This document shows positions 20,250 through 30,058 of a DNA stretch of 64,000 nt, piece after piece. This DNA is from Escherichia coli (GTDB lineage Bacteria > Pseudomonadota > Gammaproteobacteria > Enterobacterales > Enterobacteriaceae): the NCBI RefSeq assembly GCF_030013595.1, contig NZ_CP122768.1. One strand, 5' to 3'. The notes under the pieces were generated by a model that worked only from the letters and a program-made list of their open reading frames with translations, searched no databases and was not told the DNA's origin. The position numbers were made by a program, and so were the translations under genes. Positions within the stretch are counted from its first letter, which is position 1, and the number at the start of each line of letters is the position of its first letter.

Positions 20250-23200
20250 TTAAGAAACAGTAATACCGGTAGTTGCTTTTTTAGTTACCATTACCGTTAA
20301 ATCACTGATCCATGTGCTAGGCGTCCAGTTGTTGATTGCGCTTGATTGCACTTCAAAGGTCAAGGTCACAGCACCCTTACCCGCTGGCATATCAATAACA
20401 CCTGAGTAAAGACCAGTATTACCGCCATACGCCCTATTATACAACTCTGACCCATTCTTACGAACAATCAGGCGACAGGTGTCGTAATAGGTATTATTGT
20501 TCGACCCTTCACGCGCTCGCAATCCACCAAAACTAACAGCCGGAATAACGATTTGACGATCGAACTTGTGATCATCTTCAACGCGAACAGTGACCGTACC
20601 TTGTGGATAGCCAGCATAACCATTATCAACGTTAACATCACGATGCGGGAACTTACGTCCAATCACCTTAACGAAATCACCCTTAACCTGAGTAGCTTCA
20701 AGCATACCCTTAATAACACAGCTAGAGTTAATCGTGACGTTGTTCAGAGTACCAGAATCGGCAGTGATATTACCTTTAACGGTTGCATTCATGAACGTAG
20801 CGGACCCGTTCTTGTTGATATGCCATCCGGTAGATCCGTTCCAGTCGGAAGACTGGATATAGTTACCAATTTTAGCGTTATCAATTGCGCCATTTACAAT
20901 CTTGGCGTTGGTGATCGCGCCGTCTTGGATTTTCGCTGAATTGATCGCAGCATTGCCAATTTTAGCCGTGGTGATACTAGCATCAGTAATCTGTGCTGAT
21001 CCGATTGAGGCATTACGAATCATGGCACTGTCGAGATAAACCTTGTTACCTTCGATACCAAACGGGCATACTTCCGATCCGTTCTGTGGAGCTACCGCGA
21101 TTTTATCAGCATTAAAGATGATTCTCGTCGGTTGCGCCGGATCGTTGGTTGCGCTCATGTGAATACCAGCCACGCGACCATCTGCATTAACTGCCAGATT
21201 ATATTTGCTGTTAATGGTTCCTTTCAAAGCATCGATTTTTACATCTGCTTCCTGATTCACGCCAGCAATCTTGCCATCCATTTCTACCCGAACTTGATCA
21301 ATCTTGCTTGCGCTTGCTGCCTCACTGGTAGCAATTGCTTGTTTCAGGGTAGTAGCAGATGCGCTGACTTCGGATTTAATATCGCCTTTCAGTTCAGCTT
21401 TAACCTGATCAATCTTAGTGGAGCTAGCTTGCTCGCTGGTAGCAATCAGACTCTTTAAGGTATTGGCTGAGGCTTGGACCGTCTGCCCTGTTTCGGTAGT
21501 GATTTGCTTATGCATTGCATCAATTTTAGCATCGGCATTAGCGCCAGCTTGAGCAATAGCATCCGCGATAGTTTCATCTAAGCGGTCTTGTAAACCAATC
21601 AGGTCTTCCAGTGCTTCTTTGTCCTGATCGTCCCAGCTAATTGTAGATCTCATTTGCATGAAATAAGGTTCAGACCAAACAGCATCATCCATACCGAAAA
21701 TATCGTAGTGAGCACCACGGATATAATAATCACCGTCAGCAATATCAAAGGAAGTATGGCTAACACTATTCGTGCTTACTGCCCTTGCATCGGAGAAAGT
21801 GTTATCGGTTGCATACTGGATGATTGACCCTGCATAATCATGTTCTACGTCATCTGCCCAGCTAACAAACACACTATTAAAGCCACCACGCGCACTAAAA
21901 CCTTTCATTGGCTTATGTTGTGGGTTGATAGCCACTAAACGCGCTGGGGCGCTCTCTGAGTTGTTATAGCCCTTAGCCGATACTTCTACCGTCAGTTGAC
22001 GCGAAAGGCCGTTAAACTGGTTCATATCAAGCGTATAAGTCCATGATTCAGGATCGCGGGTACGGTACTGAATAGACTTACCAGCCTTGTTAGTCACCTT
22101 GATAATGTATGCTTCAAACAGGTCACTAAACTTGTTAGTTTCACCGTTGATCTCAACATCTAATTGTTGCTGATTTTCCCATTCGATAATCAGATCATTA
22201 CCTTCGAAAGTTCCTGGCGTGCTACCCTGATTTTTGATTCGAATAACCGGAGTCGGCAATTCATAGGTAACAGTCGGATTCTGGTTAATCAGTTCTACCC
22301 ACTCGGAACGAGCAATAATACCGAAAGCACAAACTCGGTAATCATAAGAGCGATCTTTCGCCAGTGCATTGACACTGAAAATTTGCTGTGAAGTCTGTCC
22401 CAGCTTAATCCAGTTAGGCGATCCGCTTACACGGTAATCAATCTGGAAACCATAACGGTTAAAATCTTCCGGTGCATCCCATGTCAAAGTAACGTTTTTA
22501 CCGTAAATCGTCTCACCAGTTGCCTTAATCCTGAAATTAGTAGGCTTCTGTACTGTCATTGAATCCGGTAAACCACTTGGTCTATTGTCTGGAGTTGCCG
22601 CATAGTTCAGGTCAGTATAAACCTGAGAATTATATTCTGTGGCGGTGATAGTCATCATCCCAGCAATACCAGAATCAATCGAGCGATCAATTGCAGTAAT
22701 ACGCCATAAGGAATTATTCAGCTTCAATTCATCATAGGTTACGCTGATAACGTCCCAAACTTCGGCAGTGAATGCGTCAGTAGTCATAAAGCTGATAACC
22801 TGAGTGATACGAGATTTATTTCGCTCAATGCTCGCGAGTTTATCAATCTGATCTTTAGACTTAACAAAACGATATTCAATATCTTTAGCGATAATTCGAC
22901 CATCTTGACGAATAGTAGCATCGTTTTCAGCATCAGCCGGATAACGTAGCATTTGCTCTGAATAGTCAATTGATGGTTCTTGATACATCGCGTTAATGGT
23001 ATTGAAATAACCGTTAGTGCCACCTGTTTTCAGTGATACCTTACCCATCATGATATTGTCTTCATTGAAGGTATGCTTAACAATATCAGGAGCATCCAGT
23101 TTCAGCGTAATACGTCCAAAGGATTCGAACATCACCCCGCCGAAAGTCTGCATAAGATTAGTCAAGTTCTCTTTAAAGCTGGCGTTCGGATCACATGCAC

Positions 23201-24026
23201 CGTTTGAATGTAGATCCATCTGGCGTACTTGTTTACGTACTTTCAGGAATGAATCAACGTTAATGTTTTCAATTGGTACAGATAAGCCATATTTTTCATT
23301 TGTTAGGTAGTGGAAAATCTGGTCCACGCCGTTAGTGCTAGCCTCAATAGCATTAGTTTCAAGGTTACGAATCTTTAAGCCCATAACATCGACTGCTACC
23401 TGGCTATTTGGCTGGAGAATATCAACACCAGCAGCAAGAGATTTGTCATCACGACGTAACACAATACACATGGTTGCAATACCATTGCCTTTGTAGTTGT
23501 CGTTCCAGTCTGATCCTAAATGACGTTTTGCCAGTGACAAAGCGGTGTTAGGATTCTTACCCGTGCGAAACTCAACTTCTAAAACTTTCCGGTATTCTTC
23601 TTTAATGTTGCCTTTGTCCAGTACACCATCACGGATCGTCATGTTCTTACCAACAAGAACATTTTTGTTATCGATAAACAGTGCTTTGTAATGGTCGATT
23701 TCACCCTCGGCAATTGCGAAGATTTGCACTAACTTATTGTTTTCTTGCTTAGAAATTGCTTTGTAAACGCAGATTGCACCCGTGCGGGTAGTACCAAAAA
23801 GAACGGGTAATACTGTCTTCGGATCGTTTGATGTTCCTAGTGTCACCGCATTATCTGGGCTTTGTACTTTCGGTGTTTTTGGTGCGCCTACAGTGGAAGC
23901 GATCAAGGTCATTGCACCAGCAGCCATACCGATAGCGACTGCGGTCATAACCGAAAATGTTGCGGCTGCCGCCATCCCCGCCGAAGCACCAGCAATAACC
24001 GCGCCTACCAATACTTCAAATCCCAT
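20250..24026 (-). CDS. central tail fiber / host-specificity (J-like) protein
   Basis: 1258 aa; hydrophobic N-terminus, large beta-rich body and C-terminal Ser/Thr-rich fiber region; positioned after the distal tail genes. Confidence 0.65.
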   Translation of the reverse strand: MGFEVLVGAVIAGASAGMAAAATFSVMTAVAIGMAAGAMTLIASTVGAPKTPKVQSPDNAVTLGTSNDPKTVLPVLFGTTRTGAICVYKAISKQENNKLVQIFAIAEGEIDHYKALFIDNKNVLVGKNMTIRDGVLDKGNIKEEYRKVLEVEFRTGKNPNTALSLAKRHLGSDWNDNYKGNGIATMCIVLRRDDKSLAAGVDILQPNSQVAVDVMGLKIRNLETNAIEASTNGVDQIFHYLTNEKYGLSVPIENINVDSFLKVRKQVRQMDLHSNGACDPNASFKENLTNLMQTFGGVMFESFGRITLKLDAPDIVKHTFNEDNIMMGKVSLKTGGTNGYFNTINAMYQEPSIDYSEQMLRYPADAENDATIRQDGRIIAKDIEYRFVKSKDQIDKLASIERNKSRITQVISFMTTDAFTAEVWDVISVTYDELKLNNSLWRITAIDRSIDSGIAGMMTITATEYNSQVYTDLNYAATPDNRPSGLPDSMTVQKPTNFRIKATGETIYGKNVTLTWDAPEDFNRYGFQIDYRVSGSPNWIKLGQTSQQIFSVNALAKDRSYDYRVCAFGIIARSEWVELINQNPTVTYELPTPVIRIKNQGSTPGTFEGNDLIIEWENQQQLDVEINGETNKFSDLFEAYIIKVTNKAGKSIQYRTRDPESWTYTLDMNQFNGLSRQLTVEVSAKGYNNSESAPARLVAINPQHKPMKGFSARGGFNSVFVSWADDVEHDYAGSIIQYATDNTFSDARAVSTNSVSHTSFDIADGDYYIRGAHYDIFGMDDAVWSEPYFMQMRSTISWDDQDKEALEDLIGLQDRLDETIADAIAQAGANADAKIDAMHKQITTETGQTVQASANTLKSLIATSEQASSTKIDQVKAELKGDIKSEVSASATTLKQAIATSEAASASKIDQVRVEMDGKIAGVNQEADVKIDALKGTINSKYNLAVNADGRVAGIHMSATNDPAQPTRIIFNADKIAVAPQNGSEVCPFGIEGNKVYLDSAMIRNASIGSAQITDASITTAKIGNAAINSAKIQDGAITNAKIVNGAIDNAKIGNYIQSSDWNGSTGWHINKNGSATFMNATVKGNITADSGTLNNVTINSSCVIKGMLEATQVKGDFVKVIGRKFPHRDVNVDNGYAGYPQGTVTVRVEDDHKFDRQIVIPAVSFGGLRAREGSNNNTYYDTCRLIVRKNGSELYNRAYGGNTGLYSGVIDMPAGKGAVTLTFEVQSSAINNWTPSTWISDLTVMVTKKATTGITVS

Positions 24027-24445
24027 TATTCACCCCCGAATCTATAAACTTGTTCATAGTCAATGTCTGAAACAGGAATGGTCATCCAGATACCATCTTC
24101 TTCAACGAGGCCATAACCGGAATAATGAGGAACTACGGAATAATAATTACGGTTTCCTAATTTGTGGGCTGTGACCAGTAAGTCGCCGTCCTGTAAATCA
24201 TCAGTGACTAATTTGAAATGTTTCTTAATTGGTTGAAGGATATTTGAATACCCGCTTAATTCTTTGCAGATTTTCAAACCTTCTTCTTTAGTTGAATATT
24301 TTTTATAAAGAGAATTATATAGGTCAGTACCAGCGAGAATATCGATGATCTTACATGCAATTAGATTGCAATCATTCTCACCCTGAACGAACTCCTGACC
24401 TATTAAAGAATTGATGTAATCGGTGATAAGCCTAGTTTTTAGCAT
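24026..24445 (-). CDS. tail assembly protein (I/K-like candidate)
   Basis: ORF 24026..24601 trimmed to the internal ATG with GGAGG RBS (MLKTRL...) to remove overlap with the upstream gene. Confidence 0.4.
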   Translation of the reverse strand: MLKTRLITDYINSLIGQEFVQGENDCNLIACKIIDILAGTDLYNSLYKKYSTKEEGLKICKELSGYSNILQPIKKHFKLVTDDLQDGDLLVTAHKLGNRNYYSVVPHYSGYGLVEEDGIWMTIPVSDIDYEQVYRFGGE

Positions 24446-24491
24446 GTTGAATACCTCCATGCTGTTATTTACTAGGCTTAGGGAGAAGGGA

Positions 24492-25145
24492 TTATTTCTT
24501 CGATGAATGCCACTTGCTTTCGCTATTCCACTTCCCGGCTCGGGAGAAGAATAGATCGTTCTCGTTTCCGGCATAGGAACGGTGGATACCATCGGAGGCA
24601 TGACTACGAGCGTTTTTATCTAGAACTTCCCAGATACTATTAAGCTGAAATTCTGATTCGTTTTTACACTCATCATCTTCATGTTCGATGTTAATCCCGA
24701 TGGAATCGACTACCCCACGGAAAACAGGGTAAGTAGTTTCAACCTTGCCCGTGTTGGGGTTAAGGAAAACCATCTCGATTTTCACATCAGATTTATCGAA
24801 TTGCTTGTTTCGAATTAGGGTAATGTATTCTTCGCGAACGTTAGAAACGGTTACGTTAATCCCGTTGTTGTTGATCTCCTTCTCTTCGGTATTCGATGAG
24901 ATTTGAAGAAAATCACCCGTTGCGAGATACGTAAATCCGTTATAGTCCAAATCGAAATACCCATCTGTAAGCCGTAGAACGTCCCCTGACGCTGTTATCA
25001 CTTCGATAATGTGAAACATCGATCCAGTGGAAAAAAGCTGCGGTAGCGTCAATCTAGACACGTTCTGACCTGTCTGGTCGTTGTAGACCTCGATGAAGTC
25101 CAGATTAGTGCATAGTTTGCTGAATGATTCTTGAATAGTTGCCAT
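24492..25145 (-). CDS. minor tail protein
   Basis: 217 aa, start abuts stop of the upstream gene, tail module context. Confidence 0.45.
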   Translation of the reverse strand: MATIQESFSKLCTNLDFIEVYNDQTGQNVSRLTLPQLFSTGSMFHIIEVITASGDVLRLTDGYFDLDYNGFTYLATGDFLQISSNTEEKEINNNGINVTVSNVREEYITLIRNKQFDKSDVKIEMVFLNPNTGKVETTYPVFRGVVDSIGINIEHEDDECKNESEFQLNSIWEVLDKNARSHASDGIHRSYAGNENDLFFSRAGKWNSESKWHSSKK

Positions 25146-25720
25146 TATACATTCTCCACTAATTCAAATTTCATCTTGCCAATCTGGGCGATCTTCCAAT
25201 CGATATTTTCAGTTTTGAGAACAAATTCACCTTCTACGTTTTGATACTTGATCACCTCACCCGCCAGGACGTTTTGACGCAAGTTAGGGAAGAGTTTCAT
25301 TTCACCACCTGATTTCACGTCTTCGGTGATCGTGTAGATTTTCTTGTGGTTCTCAAACTGGATGATAGTTCCTGCTTTCAGTGTTCCGGTGAAGTTGGAG
25401 AGTCTCACCTTACGCCCACCGCGAGCAGTACCAGCAGCAGCCGTTACCATCTGGCGTACATCACCTGTATATTTTGAAAAGTAAGACAGTGGCACATTGA
25501 AAGGACGACCAAAAAGGTGACGTGCTACAAATTCTTTTACTTCGTTAATATCCTGAGCCATGTAATTCGCGGTAAATTCTGCTTCGTAAAAATGGATGCC
25601 AGTAAAGCGACGCTGGAACTTACCAGAAATAGATTGCGCCTTAAAGAAAGGCTGTTTTGATTTAAGAGTAAAATCTGTGATTTTAATATTCTTGGATTTG
25701 AACATAGAAAAGCCCCCCAT
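25145..25720 (-). CDS. distal tail protein candidate
   Basis: 191 aa immediately downstream of the tape measure gene. Confidence 0.45.
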   Translation of the reverse strand: MGGFSMFKSKNIKITDFTLKSKQPFFKAQSISGKFQRRFTGIHFYEAEFTANYMAQDINEVKEFVARHLFGRPFNVPLSYFSKYTGDVRQMVTAAAGTARGGRKVRLSNFTGTLKAGTIIQFENHKKIYTITEDVKSGGEMKLFPNLRQNVLAGEVIKYQNVEGEFVLKTENIDWKIAQIGKMKFELVENV

Positions 25721-25756
25721 AGTTTTATGATTATTTATGACTATGGGGGCTTTTAA

Positions 25757-28111
25757 TTACATCTTACGGCGTTGTGCGTCTTCTACCGCCTGAGCAACTA
25801 ACTTAGCGTGACGTTTGATAGCATCCATGACCATCTTGTCTGAGCTATTAACGTTGCCGTTAATGTTCAAAGGCGCATTAACTTCAATCGGTTGAGAGTT
25901 GCCACCGCCTGATTTTTGAGCAGCAAGGAAGTCTTTCAAATCACCGTTAGTACGCTGATCAACTACTCGTTCACCCTTATCAAGCAACCATGTACCCTCA
26001 CGAGGGATGTTATCAATACCATCATGAGCCATACCGCTAACGTTAGTAGACTTGATGTTGGCGATGCTCCCCATGTTCTGAGAAACAGCCAATGCAGCAG
26101 CCGCGATTTTTTGACCTGTGGTTACGTTGGTCGGATCGTTCCATGCATCGGTAGCAGCCGTCCACATGTTCACCGTCGCTTGTCCAATAGAGAATGCTTT
26201 ATGAGCAGTGAAAGCCATCTGCATAGCTTTAGTGTTTTCCTGCCCGAAGAGAGTCATTGCAGCAGCAAAACCGCCATACATATCATCAGCTATTGACTGA
26301 CGAGCATCAGCATATTTCTTCTCAATTGCAGCCATTCGTTTTTGATGGTTTTCATTGAGTTTTTCTAATTCTTCCATCCGTTTAGCCGGATCGGTGATCC
26401 CATCAATCTTGATTTTACCGGTCTTATAATCTTGTTCCGCTTCCGATTTCTCTTTATCGATTGCATTAAATTTAGCAAACGGATCATTTGGATCTTGATA
26501 GTCTAAGCTATTGGTCAACTGATTGGTTTTAAAACCATCCATTCCATGCAAAGAATCTTCAATCTGTGAATAACTTTGCTCGGTATCATTCACACGACGC
26601 ATATATTCTTCGTAGGAGATAGCTTTACCATCAAGTAACCGTTTATGGCTTTCTAACTCGTTGTCCCTGATTTGTTGCAAAACTGTTAAGGCATTCAAAG
26701 CATCAACCGGATCAGCACCCAGCATCATTTTATAGATGTTTTCTGCGTTCTGGTCTAACAGTTGCTGACGTTTAGCGGCTGCGTCTTGCTGTGAGATTAA
26801 GCCCAGATCTAAAGCAGTGTCCAAATCTTTCAAGCTGGCTTCTAACTGCTTGTTTTGAGAAGCAATAGACGCGGCTGTCTGTCCTTGCAATTTAACATCA
26901 AGAGCATTCAGTCGCTTGATTGCATCCTCGCGTGCTTTCTGTGCTTTTTCTGCGGCTTCCTTAGCCTTTTTAGCTGCCTCTTCCGCTTTCTTCTTGGCTT
27001 CTTCTTGTTCTTTTTTTGTTGGACCAGTGACGCCTCCACCTTGACCCGTTGGGGTAAATCCAGTATCCGATTTATTTCCAGTGATAGTAATTACCGGATC
27101 GCCGTTTTTATCACGGGTAACTCCTTCACTATCCACCCAACGATCAGGATAATTTGGTTTATTGTTGAAGCTGGCTTGTCCACCTGCTAGACCAGTAGAA
27201 CTATAACCATGCTTGTTAATAAAACCACCGTTAGCCATAGCCATATTCTGGCGAGCTTTTTCAAACCTTTCATTAAACGTCTTTAATGCGTTGAATAAAG
27301 CGGTCTTTTCCCAATCTTTATCAAACCAGTTGTATAACTTGTTCATCCCTTCAACAACTGGATTTAGCGCATTTGCTGCCATACCCTTTAAGTTATCGGT
27401 AAGGGTATCCATATTTTTAGAGAATTTATTATATTCTTCGGCTGTATCATTGGTGATTTTAACAGTTTGCTGATTAATGGCGTTTACAGCTTCCTGATAA
27501 GATCCGTATTTCTGCAATTCATCAGCCATATGACTTGAATCACTGGCTAACGATTCCATCATAAACTTAACATCAGCGATAGACGCACCAGCCTTGCGCA
27601 TATCATAGAAGACCTTGATTGCCGCTTTCATCCCGCCTTGTGGATCGTTCATAAACTCGGCATAATCTTTAATCTTCAAACCTACACTTTCTAGGTCGTC
27701 TTCAATACCGCCACCGTTACGCCATGCATCAGCCAGTTTATCTAAGGTGTCTTTGTTAATATCACCAAATTTCTCAACGGTTAAGCCAGTGCCAGAGAAT
27801 TGCTTCTCTAATTTCTGGAGTGTTTCGACGGTTAAACCAGTTGCTTTTGAAACTTCGCTGTATTCCTTTACATAATCACCGATGGCATTTGCAGCAGAGA
27901 CAGCACCAGCAGCCAGACCAACAAAACCACCAGCAGCCAAAGCAAGCGATCCACCAGTTCCGCGAAGGGTTCCACTTAAACTAGATAAACCACCAGACAA
28001 ATCAAGATTCATTGCCCTTTCTGAAAGGTTATCAAGCATGTCAATCGCTTGGTTGGTACTTCTCCTTAGACCGTCGTTATTCCCTTCTATTGTTACTATA
28101 TGTCTTGTCAT
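25757..28111 (-). CDS. tail tape measure protein
   Basis: 784 aa, long alpha-helical/coiled-coil regions, Gly-rich segments, lysine/glutamate-rich stretch; canonical position after the chaperone pair. Confidence 0.75.
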   Translation of the reverse strand: MTRHIVTIEGNNDGLRRSTNQAIDMLDNLSERAMNLDLSGGLSSLSGTLRGTGGSLALAAGGFVGLAAGAVSAANAIGDYVKEYSEVSKATGLTVETLQKLEKQFSGTGLTVEKFGDINKDTLDKLADAWRNGGGIEDDLESVGLKIKDYAEFMNDPQGGMKAAIKVFYDMRKAGASIADVKFMMESLASDSSHMADELQKYGSYQEAVNAINQQTVKITNDTAEEYNKFSKNMDTLTDNLKGMAANALNPVVEGMNKLYNWFDKDWEKTALFNALKTFNERFEKARQNMAMANGGFINKHGYSSTGLAGGQASFNNKPNYPDRWVDSEGVTRDKNGDPVITITGNKSDTGFTPTGQGGGVTGPTKKEQEEAKKKAEEAAKKAKEAAEKAQKAREDAIKRLNALDVKLQGQTAASIASQNKQLEASLKDLDTALDLGLISQQDAAAKRQQLLDQNAENIYKMMLGADPVDALNALTVLQQIRDNELESHKRLLDGKAISYEEYMRRVNDTEQSYSQIEDSLHGMDGFKTNQLTNSLDYQDPNDPFAKFNAIDKEKSEAEQDYKTGKIKIDGITDPAKRMEELEKLNENHQKRMAAIEKKYADARQSIADDMYGGFAAAMTLFGQENTKAMQMAFTAHKAFSIGQATVNMWTAATDAWNDPTNVTTGQKIAAAALAVSQNMGSIANIKSTNVSGMAHDGIDNIPREGTWLLDKGERVVDQRTNGDLKDFLAAQKSGGGNSQPIEVNAPLNINGNVNSSDKMVMDAIKRHAKLVAQAVEDAQRRKM

Positions 28112-28114
28112 AAA

Positions 28115-28465
28115 TTACCCCGTTTGTGCGCTTCTGAGTTTCTCAAGCAAAGATGGATCGAACATGTTCAGCATTGCCGCTTTACGTTCTTCTTCTTTCT
28201 TGCGTGCAATTTCTTCCAGTTCTTCTTTAGTTTTAAAGAGTTTTTCTTCTCTAATTAATTGGAATTGGCTAGGCTTGAGTTTGCGTGCAGTTTCGCGAGT
28301 CATTCCTTGTGACGTCATATACATGGAATATTGCAACATCGCATTCTGCATATCATGAAACGCGGGGCTTTGTGGTTCTAAGTAGGTGTCGAAAATGTAT
28401 AATTTCCAAAACAGAGTGATTGGCATATTATCCATTTCATCTTTACTAAGCCCCGATCGCATCAT
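28115..28465 (-). CDS. tail assembly chaperone, T-like ORF (probably expressed as frameshift fusion)
   Basis: 116 aa frame immediately upstream of the tape measure gene; its frame is open back to the stop of the preceding ORF. Confidence 0.5.
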   Translation of the reverse strand: MMRSGLSKDEMDNMPITLFWKLYIFDTYLEPQSPAFHDMQNAMLQYSMYMTSQGMTRETARKLKPSQFQLIREEKLFKTKEELEEIARKKEEERKAAMLNMFDPSLLEKLRSAQTG

Positions 28466-28494
28466 TTGCCGGAAATAGAAATTCAGAAGCGGGT

Positions 28495-28803
28495 TTACTT
28501 TACCTCGTTTTCAATTACTGCCGGATCTTGCATCAATGACGCTTGAGCAACCAAACCGATTAATTCACTACGGACGTTAGTATACAGTGCCTTAACTTGT
28601 TCCATAGATTCAAATACTGGTTTACCGTCTTCATCTTCAATACAACGAAGAATAGAACGTTCATCACGGTCTTCTTTATCAGTATTGAAAACATGTTCGT
28701 TAAATTCTTTTACTGACATAGGGCGAGCATAGAACGTGAATCCGCCGATGGTCAGAGATTCACGTTTCGGAGAAAGAGCTTTCAGCATTTCATTAATATT
28801 CAT
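28495..28803 (-). CDS. tail assembly chaperone, G-like ORF
   Basis: 102 aa; ends ...EVK with codons GTA AAG TAA where the -1 frame is open. Confidence 0.5.
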   Translation of the reverse strand: MNINEMLKALSPKRESLTIGGFTFYARPMSVKEFNEHVFNTDKEDRDERSILRCIEDEDGKPVFESMEQVKALYTNVRSELIGLVAQASLMQDPAVIENEVK

Positions 28804-28845
28804 TCTTGTTTCCTCTTAAGTTAATTCGATATGTTTATTTAGAAT

Positions 28846-29352
28846 TTAAGAGATTTTCAAAGTCTGCTTAGTGCCAGTCTTCTTAATGTTGGTAAGGAAA
28901 GCAGCCGGAGGATTGCTTAACCAGTAATAATGAAAACCACTTTGCATACTGTTATAAGGAACAGTGACAGCAGCACCACCCAAATTAACGGTTATATTCC
29001 CCGCTCTACCGTTCTGGAGATATACAGCCATAGTAGGAGTACCACCATTGAATTGACCAACGATAACGCCAATCAGACGCCCTACGCCCACGTTTTCGGG
29101 GTTCTCCATAGATCCTTTACCGCGCATGTCAGTTACTGGATAGTTTGAAGCAGTTACACCCCAGTTATTACCCAATGAAGTAGACCACGCAGCAGTAGCT
29201 ACAACCGTATCCATACCACGACCACACATCGCGCTCATATTACCAGGTACACCAACTTTTAACGCTTGCATAGCCTCACGCATCCATCTCTTGCCAGTTA
29301 CAGAAACAGCCGATGATCCGACCCAGCCGGGCTTATTAACGACATTTGCCAT
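28846..29352 (-). CDS. hypothetical tail protein
   Basis: 168 aa, RBS GGAG before the ATG, tail module context. Confidence 0.45.
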   Translation of the reverse strand: MANVVNKPGWVGSSAVSVTGKRWMREAMQALKVGVPGNMSAMCGRGMDTVVATAAWSTSLGNNWGVTASNYPVTDMRGKGSMENPENVGVGRLIGVIVGQFNGGTPTMAVYLQNGRAGNITVNLGGAAVTVPYNSMQSGFHYYWLSNPPAAFLTNIKKTGTKQTLKIS

Positions 29353-29365
29353 TTTTATTACTCCA

Positions 29366-29397
29366 ATAAAAAAGCCCCACCATTAAGGCAGGGCTTA
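29366..29397 (-). terminator. rho-independent terminator (copy 1 of a triplicated element)
   Basis: minus strand AAGCCCTGCC-TTAAT-GGTGGGGCTT followed by TTTTTT. Confidence 0.5.
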
Positions 29398-29403
29398 TAA
29401 TTA

Positions 29404-29526
29404 ATCTTTAGCCTTGCGGCTTCGTTTAGCTGTGGCTTTCGCCGTAACAACCTCTAATTCTGGAATCACCACCGCTTCATGTTCCGGCTGTGGTTCCGGT
29501 TCTATTAAAGGAAGTTCTTCGTTAGT
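29404..29526 (-). other. in-frame post-TGA extension ORF (41 codons) downstream of putative major tail gene
   Basis: translation continues in frame after the TGA stop: TNEELPLIEPEPQPEHEAVVIPELEVVTAKATAKRSRKAKD, ending TAA just before the terminator. Confidence 0.3.
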
Positions 29527-30003
29527 TCATCCGGCAGTATTGAAGATTTCCTGTTTCAGCGGTTTGCCGTCCACTGCAAAGGTAAACTCTTTAGTTACCA
29601 CTTCTTCATCGCCACCGTTCATAGCAACTTTAGAAATAAAGCCGTTGAAAGCGGTGCGAATACCAGTCTGTTTTCCGGCGTCAACATAATACTCTATTTT
29701 GATTTGTACTCTTGTGCCGTCTTCGGCAGCTTTGATCAATTTTTCGTGGACACTATCCCCGGGGATGTAATTCACCGTAAGAGTCAGATCAGGAACATTC
29801 AGTTTACCTACTAGTTTACGGTTATACTGAGAAGAGAAGGATTTAACTTCTACAGTACCGCGCTCGATACCAGTTTCAGGAAAACCAGCACACTCTTTAA
29901 TTTCTTCATAGCCCTCATGGTTGAGAGTGGTGTTAGTGGTATCGGCGTGATAGAACAGACTTACCAGACCACCAGTAAAAATATCTTTAAATTGCTGAGA
30001 CAT
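29527..30003 (-). CDS. putative major tail (tube) protein
   Basis: 158 aa, followed by a strong terminator as expected for an abundant structural protein; assignment by size and context only. Confidence 0.45.
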   Translation of the reverse strand: MSQQFKDIFTGGLVSLFYHADTTNTTLNHEGYEEIKECAGFPETGIERGTVEVKSFSSQYNRKLVGKLNVPDLTLTVNYIPGDSVHEKLIKAAEDGTRVQIKIEYYVDAGKQTGIRTAFNGFISKVAMNGGDEEVVTKEFTFAVDGKPLKQEIFNTAG

Positions 30004-30058
30004 AGAATTACCCCTTAATTAAATTGTTATTACGGGGGAACTAGTCCCCCGACTTTTA

